The notes: generated from the letters alone by a model not told the origin. A DNA stretch of 32,000 nt from Propionibacteriaceae bacterium (GCA_031256725.1 JAIRQE010000006.1:150001-182000), one strand, 5' to 3'; numbered from the stretch's first letter, positions 1 to 9,135 are shown. Made by a program: numbers and translations.

Positions 1-3000
1 ACTGCCTATGTCACCGATGAGTTCTGCAACCCAGTGGAGGGTGTGGTGGTGACCTTTACGCTCGAACCAGGTAGTGATGCGATCCTCGTGGTGCTCACCA
101 GCATAACCGATCCGGCTGGGAAGGCATACGCCACGCTGAGTGATGTCACCGCAGAAACTGTCCAGATCAGCGCAGCCTTCCAGGCAACACAAGGATGGGT
201 AACGATACCAGGTTCTCCGGTGTCTGTGGAGTTCACTGACAATAAGGTCGATCCCGACAAGTCAACGGTAACTCTTGATCCTGATATTCAGGTGGTTGGT
301 TCTCCAGTCACGGTCATCATCACTGCCCGCGATTCCAAGAATAACCCGATAACCGGGATTCCGGTATCTCAGATTCAGGTGAGTGGTATCAATGGTACGC
401 TCTTGGCCACCGTGACGAACTGCATCGAGGTTGGCCCCTCCAAGCCGGGTGTGTACACCTGTCAGATGACAGCCCAGTTGGTCGGACCCTACACTGTGAC
501 TGCAGTGGTGACCGCTGTGACCCTGAACCAGCATCCTGTGGCGCAATTCACCCATGGAGGGGTGTGTACAGATAACTGCACCCCTGTCGATTCGAGCCAC
601 ATCACCCGCTTCGAAATGGTCACCAACGACCAACTCGCCAACGGAAAAGCCAAAGATTCCGCACGGGCTTACGCCTATGACACCTACGGTAATGAGGTGT
701 CTGGTGCTCATGTTATCGTGATCGATGTCTCTACCGATTTACTGGCCGGTTATCTGAACCCGGCTACAGCCACTGCCACTACCGGTAGTGACGGAACTGC
801 CCTCGTGGAGTGGACCTCCACCAAACAGGGGATCTTCACTGGGCAGGGTACTATCGACGGACTCTCTCCAGTGACCGGTATCCTGAACCAGATTCGGTTC
901 ATTGCTGGTAAGGCTGATCCATCTCACTCAGACCTCGTAGTGAGCCCAGCCAGTCCGATCGTCGTTGGCAACAATTACACGCTGAAGGTGACGGTACGGG
1001 ACACAACCGATAATCCACTGGCTGGTGAAACGGTCAGCTTCTCAGTTGATTCGGACAATGCGATCTACTCTGAGACAACCTGCCAAACGGTCAGCGATGG
1101 TACGTGCTCAGTCACCCTAACCTCGAAGCTGGTTGGAAGTTATCAGGTGTCGGCCGCTATCCCCAACAGCACTGGTGTAGCCACCAATGTTATCGGTAGC
1201 CCAGCGATAGTGGAGTTCACTCACGGATCTGTTTGTGTATCCTCGCCGACGACACCGTGTGATCCGGTTGATCCCAGTCACATCACTCGAATCGAAGTAG
1301 ATCCCAATGGCCAGCCAGCCGATGGTAAGGCTCAAGATGTGATCAATGTGTACGCCTATGACCGCTACGGCAATCCGGTTTTGAATGCCCAGGTTGATGC
1401 AGTTGCAGCGACTGGTGTGACCTTGGCTACACCCGCCAAACCAGTGATTCAAGGTAATGGCCAGGCCATCGTGGGCTATACGTCGACGACCAAGGGCGAA
1501 TACAAGGTGGATGTGACCGTTGGTGGACTAGTTCCCAATGGTTCACCTGCAACTCTGATTTTCAGGTCAGGAACCCCGGATTGGTCGAAGTCGACTCTGA
1601 TGATCACCCCAACGTTCCCACAGGTGGTCGAGTCAATTTTCACTGTTACTGCTCATGTTGTCGATACGAACATGAATCCTGTTTCGGGTGCAGTTGTTGT
1701 CTTCCCGGCGGTCACCAATCTAGCCTTCGACGCTAGCACATGTACAACGGATGACAATGGTAACTGCTCGGTGAAGGTGACCTCCATTAAGGCCAACACT
1801 TATGTGATCAGTGCAACTGGAGACGGTCAGCCACTGGCCAATACCGTCACTGCCACCTTCACCGCAGGTGAGATCTGTATTCCAGACGATGGTTGTGTGC
1901 CCGATGCTGGTGAACCCATCAGTCGGATTGAAACTGTCGTCAATGGCGTACTGCCTGATGGAATCCAGCACGATATCTTCAAAGTTTTCGCCTATGACAA
2001 GCATGGCAATCCAGTTTCTGGGGCCGACGTAGCATCGACGACTACTGACGCTCGTCTGATCACCCAGTCACCGATTGCAGCCACTGACTCAGATGGTACC
2101 TCGACGATTTGGTATGCCTCCCTCCATGGTGGAACCTATACCGCAGCAATGACAGTGGGTGGCAAGGTGCCCCAGGGTTCACCCGTTCACCCTGTGTTCG
2201 GTGGGATAGCCGATCCGGATCATTCCTTCTGGTCCGTATATCCGACAACACCACGTACTGTTGGTGTCGATCCGGATAATACTTTCACGATGACCGCGAC
2301 CCTGCGCGATGCCAATGATCTGCCCATGGTTGGCGCTGCGATGACTTTCGCTATTGATCCGGCAAGTGGCCCGACTTTCCCGAATGGTACGTCGTGTCTG
2401 TCGGACGCGGATGGAAAATGCACGGTGGATGTCTATTCCACTAAGGCTGGTACCTATTCGATCTCAGCGACCTCAGCCGGTCAACCGGTGAAGAGTCAAG
2501 CAGGACGATGGGCCGAGTCAGTAGTGTGGATCTCGGATGAGGTCTGTACTGAAGCATCAGGTTGCGTCCCGGTTGATCCCAATCTGCCGCAGAGCCTGCG
2601 TACCCGGGTGGTGGTGACTGAGGACTATATGGTAGCCGATGGTGATGCGCGTGATCTCGCGACCGTCTATGCCTTCGACAAATGGGGTAACGCTGTACCT
2701 GGTCAACTGGTGCAGTCATCCACAACCGAGAAGATGACGGTTCAAAGCGGGATAGCGGGTACAAATAGCAATGGTCAGTCGACTATTTGGTACTCCTCGA
2801 CCGTGTCAGGTGGTCATCTAGCTATGGTGAAGGTAGGGGGCAAGATCCCTGCTTCAATCAATTCAGATGGTACGTCATCTGGGGCAGGTACAATCACCCT
2901 AAACTTCATACCAGGTGCACCCGATGCAGATAAATCAGTTCTGACTGTGAGTCCTTCCATCCAAAGGGTGGGTGAGGATGTCAGTGCCACAGCTATTATC

Positions 3001-4161
3001 AAAGACGCCTACGGCAACCCCATATCGAATACGCGTGTGAGTTTCTCTTCGACCGGGGCATCAACACGCACAGGGGATAGTTGCATCACGGATGCAGCTG
3101 GCAGTTGCCAGATCTCGCTGACCGACAAGGTGCCGGAAACTATTCAGTTGAATGCGACAGTGGTGATCAACACAGCAGCCACCCCGATTTCTGGATCACC
3201 TGCGACCGTGACCTTTAACGATGTGACCGCTCCGGAACCGCCAGTGATCACCTCTCCTAAGGATGGCGATCTGACCAACCACAGTTCAGTGATTGTCACA
3301 GGAACTGGTGAACCTAGTGCGGAGGTGACGGTGATAGACGAGAACGGTACCTCAGTGTGCGCCGATGTTGTCATAGTGGGCAGTGATGGTACGTGGACCT
3401 GTGAGGTACTACTGCCCGATGGTGAGCACACGTTGACAGCAACTCAGAAGGACTCGTCGGGTAATACCTCCGACCCGTCTAACTCAGTGACAATCACTGT
3501 CGACACCACACCACCCGACACACCGATTGTCGATTCATCCAATGGTTCTCAAGTGACTGGTTCCGGTGAACCGGGCAGCAAGGTGACGATCAAGGACCCA
3601 GATGGAAATGTCATCCCTGGTTGTGAAGACGTGTACGCCGATGAGGATGGTCACTTCGTCTGTATTCCGACTACAGTGATTCCTCCGGACACGGAATTGA
3701 GCGTCACGGTGACCGATGAGGCCGGAAATACCTCCGAACCAACCACCGTCGTGGTGGGTCGACTGGTTATTGAATTCGCCTATCCAACCCGGAATACTTC
3801 GCAGACCCAGATTGTCACCGGGGCCAATTTCAACCCCTATGAAAAGGTCTGTATGGAGTATTCGGGAGGTACCGAAAGGACGTGTACTACCGCCGATAAG
3901 GAAGGAAAAGTGAAATTCTCGTTTACGGTGCCTGGCAACCTCAAGGCAGGGGTGTGTGTCGTCACCTTGATTGGGGAACGCTCTGGTTCGGTAACGGGTA
4001 CCTTTTCGGTAACGAGTAGCTTCACAGGAATGAATACACCATTCGTCTCTACAGGTGGTACGGCAGTCCCGCAAGGGCTACACGTTGGCAGGTTGGTTGC
4101 TGCAGCGATGGTTGCAGCTGCAACCATGCCGCTAAGACGCAGGCGAGGCCCCCTCATGTAG
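1..4161 (+). CDS. Large cell-surface adhesin-like protein, 5'-truncated by the window edge; tandem bacterial Ig-like (Big_1/invasin-type and group-3-type) domains with a C-terminal hydrophobic anchor
   Basis: Frame 1 is open from nt 1 (TAYVTDEFCNPVEG...), and this continues the repeat pattern upstream of the tracked Met at 34. The Ig-repeat signature (V/A)YA(Y/F)D.(Y/W/H)GN(P/E/A)V recurs. Four Cys-bracketed linkers of the form FT(H/A)G.(V/I)C....C.PVD.SHITR are present. Near the C-terminus there are two 'TPPDTP / GTGEP...V.V.D..G' Ig modules. The tail is ...FVSTGGTAVPQGLHVGRLVAAAMVAAATMPLRRRRGPLM (hydrophobic stretch plus Arg tail). Confidence 0.8.
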   Translation, partial: TAYVTDEFCNPVEGVVVTFTLEPGSDAILVVLTSITDPAGKAYATLSDVTAETVQISAAFQATQGWVTIPGSPVSVEFTDNKVDPDKSTVTLDPDIQVVGSPVTVIITARDSKNNPITGIPVSQIQVSGINGTLLATVTNCIEVGPSKPGVYTCQMTAQLVGPYTVTAVVTAVTLNQHPVAQFTHGGVCTDNCTPVDSSHITRFEMVTNDQLANGKAKDSARAYAYDTYGNEVSGAHVIVIDVSTDLLAGYLNPATATATTGSDGTALVEWTSTKQGIFTGQGTIDGLSPVTGILNQIRFIAGKADPSHSDLVVSPASPIVVGNNYTLKVTVRDTTDNPLAGETVSFSVDSDNAIYSETTCQTVSDGTCSVTLTSKLVGSYQVSAAIPNSTGVATNVIGSPAIVEFTHGSVCVSSPTTPCDPVDPSHITRIEVDPNGQPADGKAQDVINVYAYDRYGNPVLNAQVDAVAATGVTLATPAKPVIQGNGQAIVGYTSTTKGEYKVDVTVGGLVPNGSPATLIFRSGTPDWSKSTLMITPTFPQVVESIFTVTAHVVDTNMNPVSGAVVVFPAVTNLAFDASTCTTDDNGNCSVKVTSIKANTYVISATGDGQPLANTVTATFTAGEICIPDDGCVPDAGEPISRIETVVNGVLPDGIQHDIFKVFAYDKHGNPVSGADVASTTTDARLITQSPIAATDSDGTSTIWYASLHGGTYTAAMTVGGKVPQGSPVHPVFGGIADPDHSFWSVYPTTPRTVGVDPDNTFTMTATLRDANDLPMVGAAMTFAIDPASGPTFPNGTSCLSDADGKCTVDVYSTKAGTYSISATSAGQPVKSQAGRWAESVVWISDEVCTEASGCVPVDPNLPQSLRTRVVVTEDYMVADGDARDLATVYAFDKWGNAVPGQLVQSSTTEKMTVQSGIAGTNSNGQSTIWYSSTVSGGHLAMVKVGGKIPASINSDGTSSGAGTITLNFIPGAPDADKSVLTVSPSIQRVGEDVSATAIIKDAYGNPISNTRVSFSSTGASTRTGDSCITDAAGSCQISLTDKVPETIQLNATVVINTAATPISGSPATVTFNDVTAPEPPVITSPKDGDLTNHSSVIVTGTGEPSAEVTVIDENGTSVCADVVIVGSDGTWTCEVLLPDGEHTLTATQKDSSGNTSDPSNSVTITVDTTPPDTPIVDSSNGSQVTGSGEPGSKVTIKDPDGNVIPGCEDVYADEDGHFVCIPTTVIPPDTELSVTVTDEAGNTSEPTTVVVGRLVIEFAYPTRNTSQTQIVTGANFNPYEKVCMEYSGGTERTCTTADKEGKVKFSFTVPGNLKAGVCVVTLIGERSGSVTGTFSVTSSFTGMNTPFVSTGGTAVPQGLHVGRLVAAAMVAAATMPLRRRRGPLM

Positions 4162-4180
4162 CTAATGGGATATCTTTTCA

Positions 4181-4224
4181 GGGTGTGGTGTCTTGCAAGA
4201 GCAATCCAGCGGGGCACCACACCC
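4181..4224 (+). terminator. Candidate stem-loop terminator downstream of the adhesin gene
   Basis: GGGTGTGGTG (4181-4190) is the exact reverse complement of CACCACACCC (4215-4224). The 24-nt loop contains the palindrome TCTTGCAAGA. It lies 20 nt after the stop at 4161. There is no clear U-tract. Confidence 0.35.
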
Positions 4225-4260
4225 CTCATTATCTGATTAGATTCTGAGCAATTTCTTGGC

Positions 4261-4279
4261 GTGTAGTACCGTGCTACAC
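4261..4279. promoter_or_regulatory. Near-perfect palindrome abutting the antitoxin start; candidate TA autoregulation operator
   Basis: GTGTAGTAC-C-GTGCTACAC: the outer 6 bp arms are perfect (GTGTAG/CTACAC) and the inner 3 bp match 2/3. It ends 1 nt before the ATG at 4281 and contains a TACACT -10-like hexamer (4274-4279). Confidence 0.4.
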
Positions 4280-4280
4280 T

Positions 4281-4640
4281 ATGCGTATGAGAACCTCTCC
4301 ACCTACTCGACTTCCAGCGGATGTGTACGAATCGGCTCTGGCATCTGCGGGAGTGGACTCGCGCAGTGTTCCTCAGCAGATTGCGCACTGGGCCCGGATT
4401 GGTCGGGAATTCGAAAACTCCCCGCAAGTGAATCATCGGGCCATTGCCCAAGTTCTTGCCGGGAATGGCTTCTATGATCTGTTGGGCGAGCGCGAGCAGG
4501 CAGTGGTACGAGGTGCCTGGTCGGAACGGATCGCTACCTTGCGGGAATCCTTGAACTTGGCTTCTGAGTTTATGGATGCTGGTGATTCCTATTCTGAGGC
4601 TGATGAGAATGGCACACTCATGATCCATCCAGGACAGTAA
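4281..4640 (+). CDS. ParD-like (DUF3423-type) type II antitoxin
   Basis: 119 aa. The N-terminal TRLPADVYESALASAGVDSRSVPQQIAHWARIGREFE resembles the ParD_like antitoxin family as I recall it. The stop TAA (4638-4640) shares one nt with the ATG of the downstream toxin gene. The ATG at 4287 is an alternative start. Confidence 0.65.
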   Translation: MRMRTSPPTRLPADVYESALASAGVDSRSVPQQIAHWARIGREFENSPQVNHRAIAQVLAGNGFYDLLGEREQAVVRGAWSERIATLRESLNLASEFMDAGDSYSEADENGTLMIHPGQ

Positions 4641-5209
4641 TGCCTGTTCTTCATCTTCTTGCAGGGCCGAATGGCGCTGGAAAAACCACCTATGCCACCA
4701 GAGTCCTCATTCCTGCCACCAGGTTGACTTTCATTAATGCCGATGTGATTGCGGCCCAGATTTGGCCTGATCATGAGAGTGACCACGGTTATGAGGCTGC
4801 GCAGATTGCCCAAGAGCATCGTCGAGAATTCATGGAGCGAGGGGAATCCTTCATCTCAGAGACTGTCTTCTCTCACACATCGAAAGTTGATCTTCTCGCT
4901 GATGCCTCAGCCATGGGGTACCTCATCCATCTTCATGTGATTCTTGTACCACTGGAACTCACGATTCAGCGTGTTACTGAGCGCGTTCGTCGGGGCGGGC
5001 ACAGTGTACCCGAAGAGAAAATACGAGGAAGGTACGCACGGCTGTGGGATTATGTGGGCGCTGGGTTGAAGATCGCTGATGTGGGGGAAGTACTCGATAA
5101 TAGCAGTGCCCGTTATCCTTTCCGCGTGTGCGCGCGATTCTTCCATGGGTCAGTGATTGGAACCCCAACCTGGCCACAGTGGGCTCCTTCAGTACTCCTA
5201 AGGTTTTAG
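4640..5209 (+). CDS. Zeta-toxin-family P-loop kinase (toxin partner)
   Basis: 189 aa. N-terminal Walker A LLAGPNGAGKTT with a zeta-toxin/AAA_33-like layout (…FISETVFSH…, RGGHSVPEEKIRGRY). It is translationally coupled to the upstream antitoxin (TAATG overlap). Confidence 0.7.
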   Translation: MPVLHLLAGPNGAGKTTYATRVLIPATRLTFINADVIAAQIWPDHESDHGYEAAQIAQEHRREFMERGESFISETVFSHTSKVDLLADASAMGYLIHLHVILVPLELTIQRVTERVRRGGHSVPEEKIRGRYARLWDYVGAGLKIADVGEVLDNSSARYPFRVCARFFHGSVIGTPTWPQWAPSVLLRF

Positions 5210-5394
5210 TCGTTCTTGCATGGTGAACGTGCAGGTAGTGTGGGGAAAATGATATGCTGAGGATATCTGCGAGAGATGCATTATGGGGCTACCAATTCGA
5301 AAGCATGACTCAACCCTGCTAAGGCTGTTCAAACTGTTTCTGTTGGAGGGGTAACCACTGATCCTGAAGCAATGGTCGAAACACGAAGTTTTCA

Positions 5395-5631
5395 TTGGAT
5401 GAGTCAGGGCATTGGGACTCGGTACCACCAGGTTATGAAAGTTGGGAAGATCCTCAGGGAACTCAAACCAGCCAGGATGAAGTCATCTTGGATCACGGCG
5501 TCTATCAGTGGACTATAACGGACACGATCATAACTGTGGCCGGTGGTAGTGATCTAAGTGAAACGCAGATGGACCCGACCATCCCCAGGTTCTATCCGTC
5601 CAAGTCGATGAGTCTCGCCAATGTACAGTGA
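5395..5631 (+). CDS. Hypothetical small protein (weak call, TTG start)
   Basis: 78-aa ORF in an otherwise empty 740-bp gap. I recognise no motif and see no convincing RBS. Confidence 0.2.
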   Translation: MDESGHWDSVPPGYESWEDPQGTQTSQDEVILDHGVYQWTITDTIITVAGGSDLSETQMDPTIPRFYPSKSMSLANVQ

Positions 5632-5729
5632 CAGGCGATCTCAGCCTTGTGTCCAAGGCGGGAGTCACTCTCAATGGAGGTGGAACTTGCAGCTCAACCG
5701 TGACTCACCTGGCATAGACAGATGACAGT

Positions 5730-5761
5730 ACCCGCCTGAAATACGCTCAAATCAGGCGGGT
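5730..5761 (+). terminator. Perfect 10-bp stem hairpin, candidate terminator or insulator upstream of the ABC operon
   Basis: ACCCGCCTGA (5730-5739) pairs with TCAGGCGGGT (5752-5761), with a 12-nt loop. The following sequence, TCAGTCTGT, is only weakly T-rich. Confidence 0.4.
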
Positions 5762-5887
5762 TCAGTCTGTATCTAAGATAACGGATAGGTCACAATCTGT
5801 GGGTTTGATTGCTGGCCTAGAGTGAAATCGCGTACGATTACTATGTGCCTAAGGCTGACCATTTCGGGTAAACAATCGCCCACCATT

Positions 5888-5904
5888 GTGATCCACAAGA
5901 TCAC
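5888..5904. promoter_or_regulatory. Palindrome GTGATC-N5-GATCAC ~50 nt upstream of the binding-protein gene; candidate operator
   Basis: The sequence is GTGATCCACAAGATCAC with perfect 6-bp arms. Its position fits a repressor site for the sugar ABC operon. No regulator gene is present in the window. Confidence 0.25.
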
Positions 5905-5953
5905 TGTTATGGGTCAGGGCACTTACATCCCTTCGAACAAAGGAAAATGACAC

Positions 5954-7252
5954 ATGCGTCATGGCAAGATCATCGCTGCACTTTCTGCAGCGGCACTCGC
6001 GCTGGCTGGACTAGCTGGCTGTGGTTCTGGTGAGCCCACAACTCCATCAACTGATGCTCCGGTTGATGGCCCTTCCGGCCAGTTGGAGATTTTCTCCTGG
6101 TGGACCGCTGGCTCTGAGGCTAATGGCCTCGAAGCTCTGGTTGGTGTCCTCGGCGAGAAGTACCCGAACATTGAATTCGTGAACAACGGCGCCGCTACTG
6201 GTGGCGGTTCCGGCAAGGATGTCCTTCAGACTCGTATGGCAGGCGGCCAGCCGCCGGACTCTTTCCAGGTCCACGCCGGTGCTGAGGCTCAGGATTACAT
6301 CACTGCTGGTCAGTTGCAGGACGTTTCGAACCTGTATGACGAGTTCGGCTTGAACAACGCTTTCCCACAGGATCTCGTTGACCTCCTCACCAAGGATGGC
6401 AAGATCTACACAATTCCTTCCAACGTGCACCGTTCCAATGTGATCTGGGCTGATGTGAAGGCACTTGAAAAAGCTGGCCTGAGCACAACTGATGCTTACT
6501 ACGACTCCATGGAGTCCTTCATCGCTGCTCTTGAGACCGCTAAGGCTGCTGGCTTCGAAGCTCCATTGTCCATGGGTATGACCTGGACCCAGGTTCACCT
6601 CCTTGAGACTGTTTTGATGGCTGACCTCACACCTGTGCAGTACAACGGCCTCTTTGATGGTACGACCGATTGGACTGGCGCTGAGGTAAAGAAGGCCCTT
6701 GAGGACTTCGGTAAGCTCATGAGTTACACCAACGCTGACCGCGATAGCTTGGATTGGGAAGAAGCATTGGCTATTGCTCTCGATCAGAAGGCTGTCTTCA
6801 ATGTCATGGGTGACTGGGTTCCTGGTGCACTCGATGCCCGCAACCTCGTTGACGGCACCGATTACCTGTGGGCTCCTTCCCCAGGTACCGATGGTGTCTA
6901 TGGCTTCTTGGCTGATTCCTTCGGTTTGACCACTGGTGGTCCTAACCCGGATGCTGGCAAGGCTTGGTTGGATGTCATCTCCTCTGCTGATGGCCAGACG
7001 GCCTTCAACAAGGTGAAGGGTTCGATCCCGGCTCGTACCGATATCGATCTCAGTTCCTTCTCCGACTACCAGCAATCTGCTTCGAAGTCCTTCAAGAACG
7101 ATGTGATCGTCGGTTCCATCCAGCATGGTGCAGCTGCAACCATCGCACAGGGCAACGCAGTCAACGCTGCAGTGTCCAAGTTCACAACCTCACCGATGGC
7201 CGAAGCCAATCTCGCCACATTGCAGGCGGAGCTGGCAGCAGCCTTCGCATAA
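5954..7252 (+). CDS. ABC transporter extracellular sugar-binding lipoprotein (family 1 solute-binding protein)
   Basis: 432 aa. Lipoprotein signal MRHGKIIAALSAAALALAGLAGC|GSG, followed by LEIFSWWT.GSE... typical of carbohydrate-binding SBPs. An AAGGAAAA RBS precedes the ATG. Confidence 0.85.
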   Translation: MRHGKIIAALSAAALALAGLAGCGSGEPTTPSTDAPVDGPSGQLEIFSWWTAGSEANGLEALVGVLGEKYPNIEFVNNGAATGGGSGKDVLQTRMAGGQPPDSFQVHAGAEAQDYITAGQLQDVSNLYDEFGLNNAFPQDLVDLLTKDGKIYTIPSNVHRSNVIWADVKALEKAGLSTTDAYYDSMESFIAALETAKAAGFEAPLSMGMTWTQVHLLETVLMADLTPVQYNGLFDGTTDWTGAEVKKALEDFGKLMSYTNADRDSLDWEEALAIALDQKAVFNVMGDWVPGALDARNLVDGTDYLWAPSPGTDGVYGFLADSFGLTTGGPNPDAGKAWLDVISSADGQTAFNKVKGSIPARTDIDLSSFSDYQQSASKSFKNDVIVGSIQHGAAATIAQGNAVNAAVSKFTTSPMAEANLATLQAELAAAFA

Positions 7253-7278
7253 AAACACGATGAAGTAATTCATTGACC

Positions 7279-7306
7279 ACGGGGCGGCTATTCTTAGCCG
7301 CCCCGT
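7279..7306 (+). terminator. Intercistronic perfect 12-bp stem hairpin between the binding-protein and permease genes
   Basis: ACGGGGCGGCTA (7279-7290), loop TTCT, TAGCCGCCCCGT (7295-7306), followed by TGGTTTAG. Confidence 0.55.
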
Positions 7307-7313
7307 TGGTTTA

Positions 7314-8228
7314 GTGCATACTGGACACATGAAGAGCAAGCTCAAGAAATATGGTCCCCCGGTATTGCTCCTGTCACCATCATTATTCCTTGTCGGAACG
7401 TTTGTTTACTATCTGATCATTAGGTCGACACAGATGTCGATGACAGACTCACATACCTTCCCTCAATTGATGGGAGCGGTCCCCACTGAGTTCGTGGGTT
7501 TGGACAACTATTTCTCCCTTTTAAGCAACGACGACTTCCAACATGCCTTGAGAAACCTGCTTTTGTACACTGTGGTGTTCATCGCCGGAACCATGATCCT
7601 TGGGTTCTTTTGGGCCTGGCTGCTTGACCGCCGATCCAAGGCCGAGGGGATTTTCCGTTCCCTCTACCTCTTCCCGATGGCCGTTTCCTCCATTTCCGCA
7701 GGTGTTGTGTGGCGCTGGCTACTGAACGCATCCACTGGTGAGAGGGCTACTGGTCTCAACCGACTGTTTCAGAATGTGGGATTGGGGTTCCTGGAAAATG
7801 GCTGGACCACCCATGTTACCTTGGGCATAGCTTCTATTGCTTTGCCCGCAATCTGGCAGATGGCTGGCTATGTTATGGCGCTCTTCCTTGCTGGGTTTCG
7901 CGGTATCCCTGATGAAATGAGGGAGGCAGCTCGTATCGATGGTGCCTCCGAATGGAAGCTCTACCGCCATGTACTCTTCCCCCAACTCTCACCTGTAGCC
8001 CTGTCGGCGTTGATCATCCTGGGGCACATGTCACTCAAGGTCTTCGACCTGGTTGTCGCTGTGACGGGTCCACAGTTCTATCCCACATCTGTACCTGCGA
8101 TCGTGATGTACAACTTCATGGGTTCTGGCGACTATGCTAATGCATCCGCGGTCGGCATCATCCTGCTGGTCGTGATCGCCATCTTCATCATTCCTTATCT
8201 CATCCACGTAGCACGGGAGGACAAGTGA
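7314..8228 (+). CDS. Carbohydrate ABC transporter permease (MalF/BPD_transp_1 type)
   Basis: 304 aa with multiple hydrophobic spans. EAA-loop-like motif EAARIDGASEWKLYRHVLFPQL. GTG start at 7314; the ATG at 7329 is an alternative. Confidence 0.85.
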   Translation: MHTGHMKSKLKKYGPPVLLLSPSLFLVGTFVYYLIIRSTQMSMTDSHTFPQLMGAVPTEFVGLDNYFSLLSNDDFQHALRNLLLYTVVFIAGTMILGFFWAWLLDRRSKAEGIFRSLYLFPMAVSSISAGVVWRWLLNASTGERATGLNRLFQNVGLGFLENGWTTHVTLGIASIALPAIWQMAGYVMALFLAGFRGIPDEMREAARIDGASEWKLYRHVLFPQLSPVALSALIILGHMSLKVFDLVVAVTGPQFYPTSVPAIVMYNFMGSGDYANASAVGIILLVVIAIFIIPYLIHVAREDK

Positions 8229-9130
8229 GCACCGAACAACTGCTGCTAACTAAGAGCAAAGCCCCCGTACCAGGAGGATTCGATTGGGGTCGCCTTGTGC
8301 GCTACCTCGCATTATTTGCTGGCCTGATCTTCGTCTTGATCCCGGTGTATGTCCTTGTCATTACCTCCTTCAAGACTGTCGGTGATGCTGATCCTTCCCG
8401 TGCATGGGCTTTCCCTCAGGTCTGGAGTCTCAATTCCTGGAAGGCTTCATGGTTCGGAAGTACAGCACTGCCATCCGTGGGAGCTGCTCTCGGACGTACA
8501 GCAATGATGGTGATTCCAGCGTCGATCATCTCATCGATGCTCGGATCCATGAATGGCTTCGTACTATCCAAATGGCGTTTCCCTGGAGCCAACATCGTTT
8601 TCACAGTCATTCTGTTCGGGATGTTTATTCCCTACCAGGCTGTTATGGTTCCTCTCTTCCAGTTGATGTCGAGTCTGTGGCAAACCACCCCGCTGTCTCA
8701 AGGGATCTGGTCCCTGGTTCTTCTCCACGTTGTCTATGGCATTCCCATTACGACCCTGATTTTCAGGAACTACTACCAGAACGTACCCCAAGAGCTCATC
8801 GAAGCAGCCAGGGTTGATGGCGCTGGGATGCTGGGAACCTATTTCAGGGTTATCCTGCCTATCTCGATCCCAAGCTTTGTGGTTGTGTTCATCTGGCAGT
8901 TCACCTCAGCCTGGAATGACTTCCTGTTCGCGACCTTCTTCGGTGGGAATCCCACGACGATGGCTCCAGTCACAGTCACCTTGAACATGCTCGCCAAGGG
9001 GTCAATGTTGGCTGACTATGGTGCCGCTATGTCGGGCGCACTTCTCGCTTCTGTACCAACCTTGATTATCTACATCCTCTTGGGTCGATACTTCATTGGT
9101 GGTTTAATGGCGGGTTCTGTCAAGGGGTAG
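8225..9130 (+). CDS. Carbohydrate ABC transporter permease (MalG type)
   Basis: 301 aa. EAA loop EAARVDGAGMLGTYFRVILP. GTGA start/stop overlap with the upstream permease (8225-8228). Confidence 0.85.
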   Translation: MSTEQLLLTKSKAPVPGGFDWGRLVRYLALFAGLIFVLIPVYVLVITSFKTVGDADPSRAWAFPQVWSLNSWKASWFGSTALPSVGAALGRTAMMVIPASIISSMLGSMNGFVLSKWRFPGANIVFTVILFGMFIPYQAVMVPLFQLMSSLWQTTPLSQGIWSLVLLHVVYGIPITTLIFRNYYQNVPQELIEAARVDGAGMLGTYFRVILPISIPSFVVVFIWQFTSAWNDFLFATFFGGNPTTMAPVTVTLNMLAKGSMLADYGAAMSGALLASVPTLIIYILLGRYFIGGLMAGSVKG

Positions 9131-9135
9131 TACCT

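Noticed and set aside
3837-4628. 263-aa minus-strand ORF spanning the adhesin 3' end, the intergenic hairpin and the antitoxin gene
   Set aside because: It overlaps two independently supported plus-strand genes and a terminator-like structure. I recognise no domain and see no RBS.
6047-7126. 359-aa ORF on the minus strand
   Set aside because: It is entirely antisense to the well-supported sugar-binding lipoprotein gene (lipobox, SBP-like sequence, RBS). Its translation is low-complexity with no motif. It is a typical shadow ORF in GC-richer DNA.
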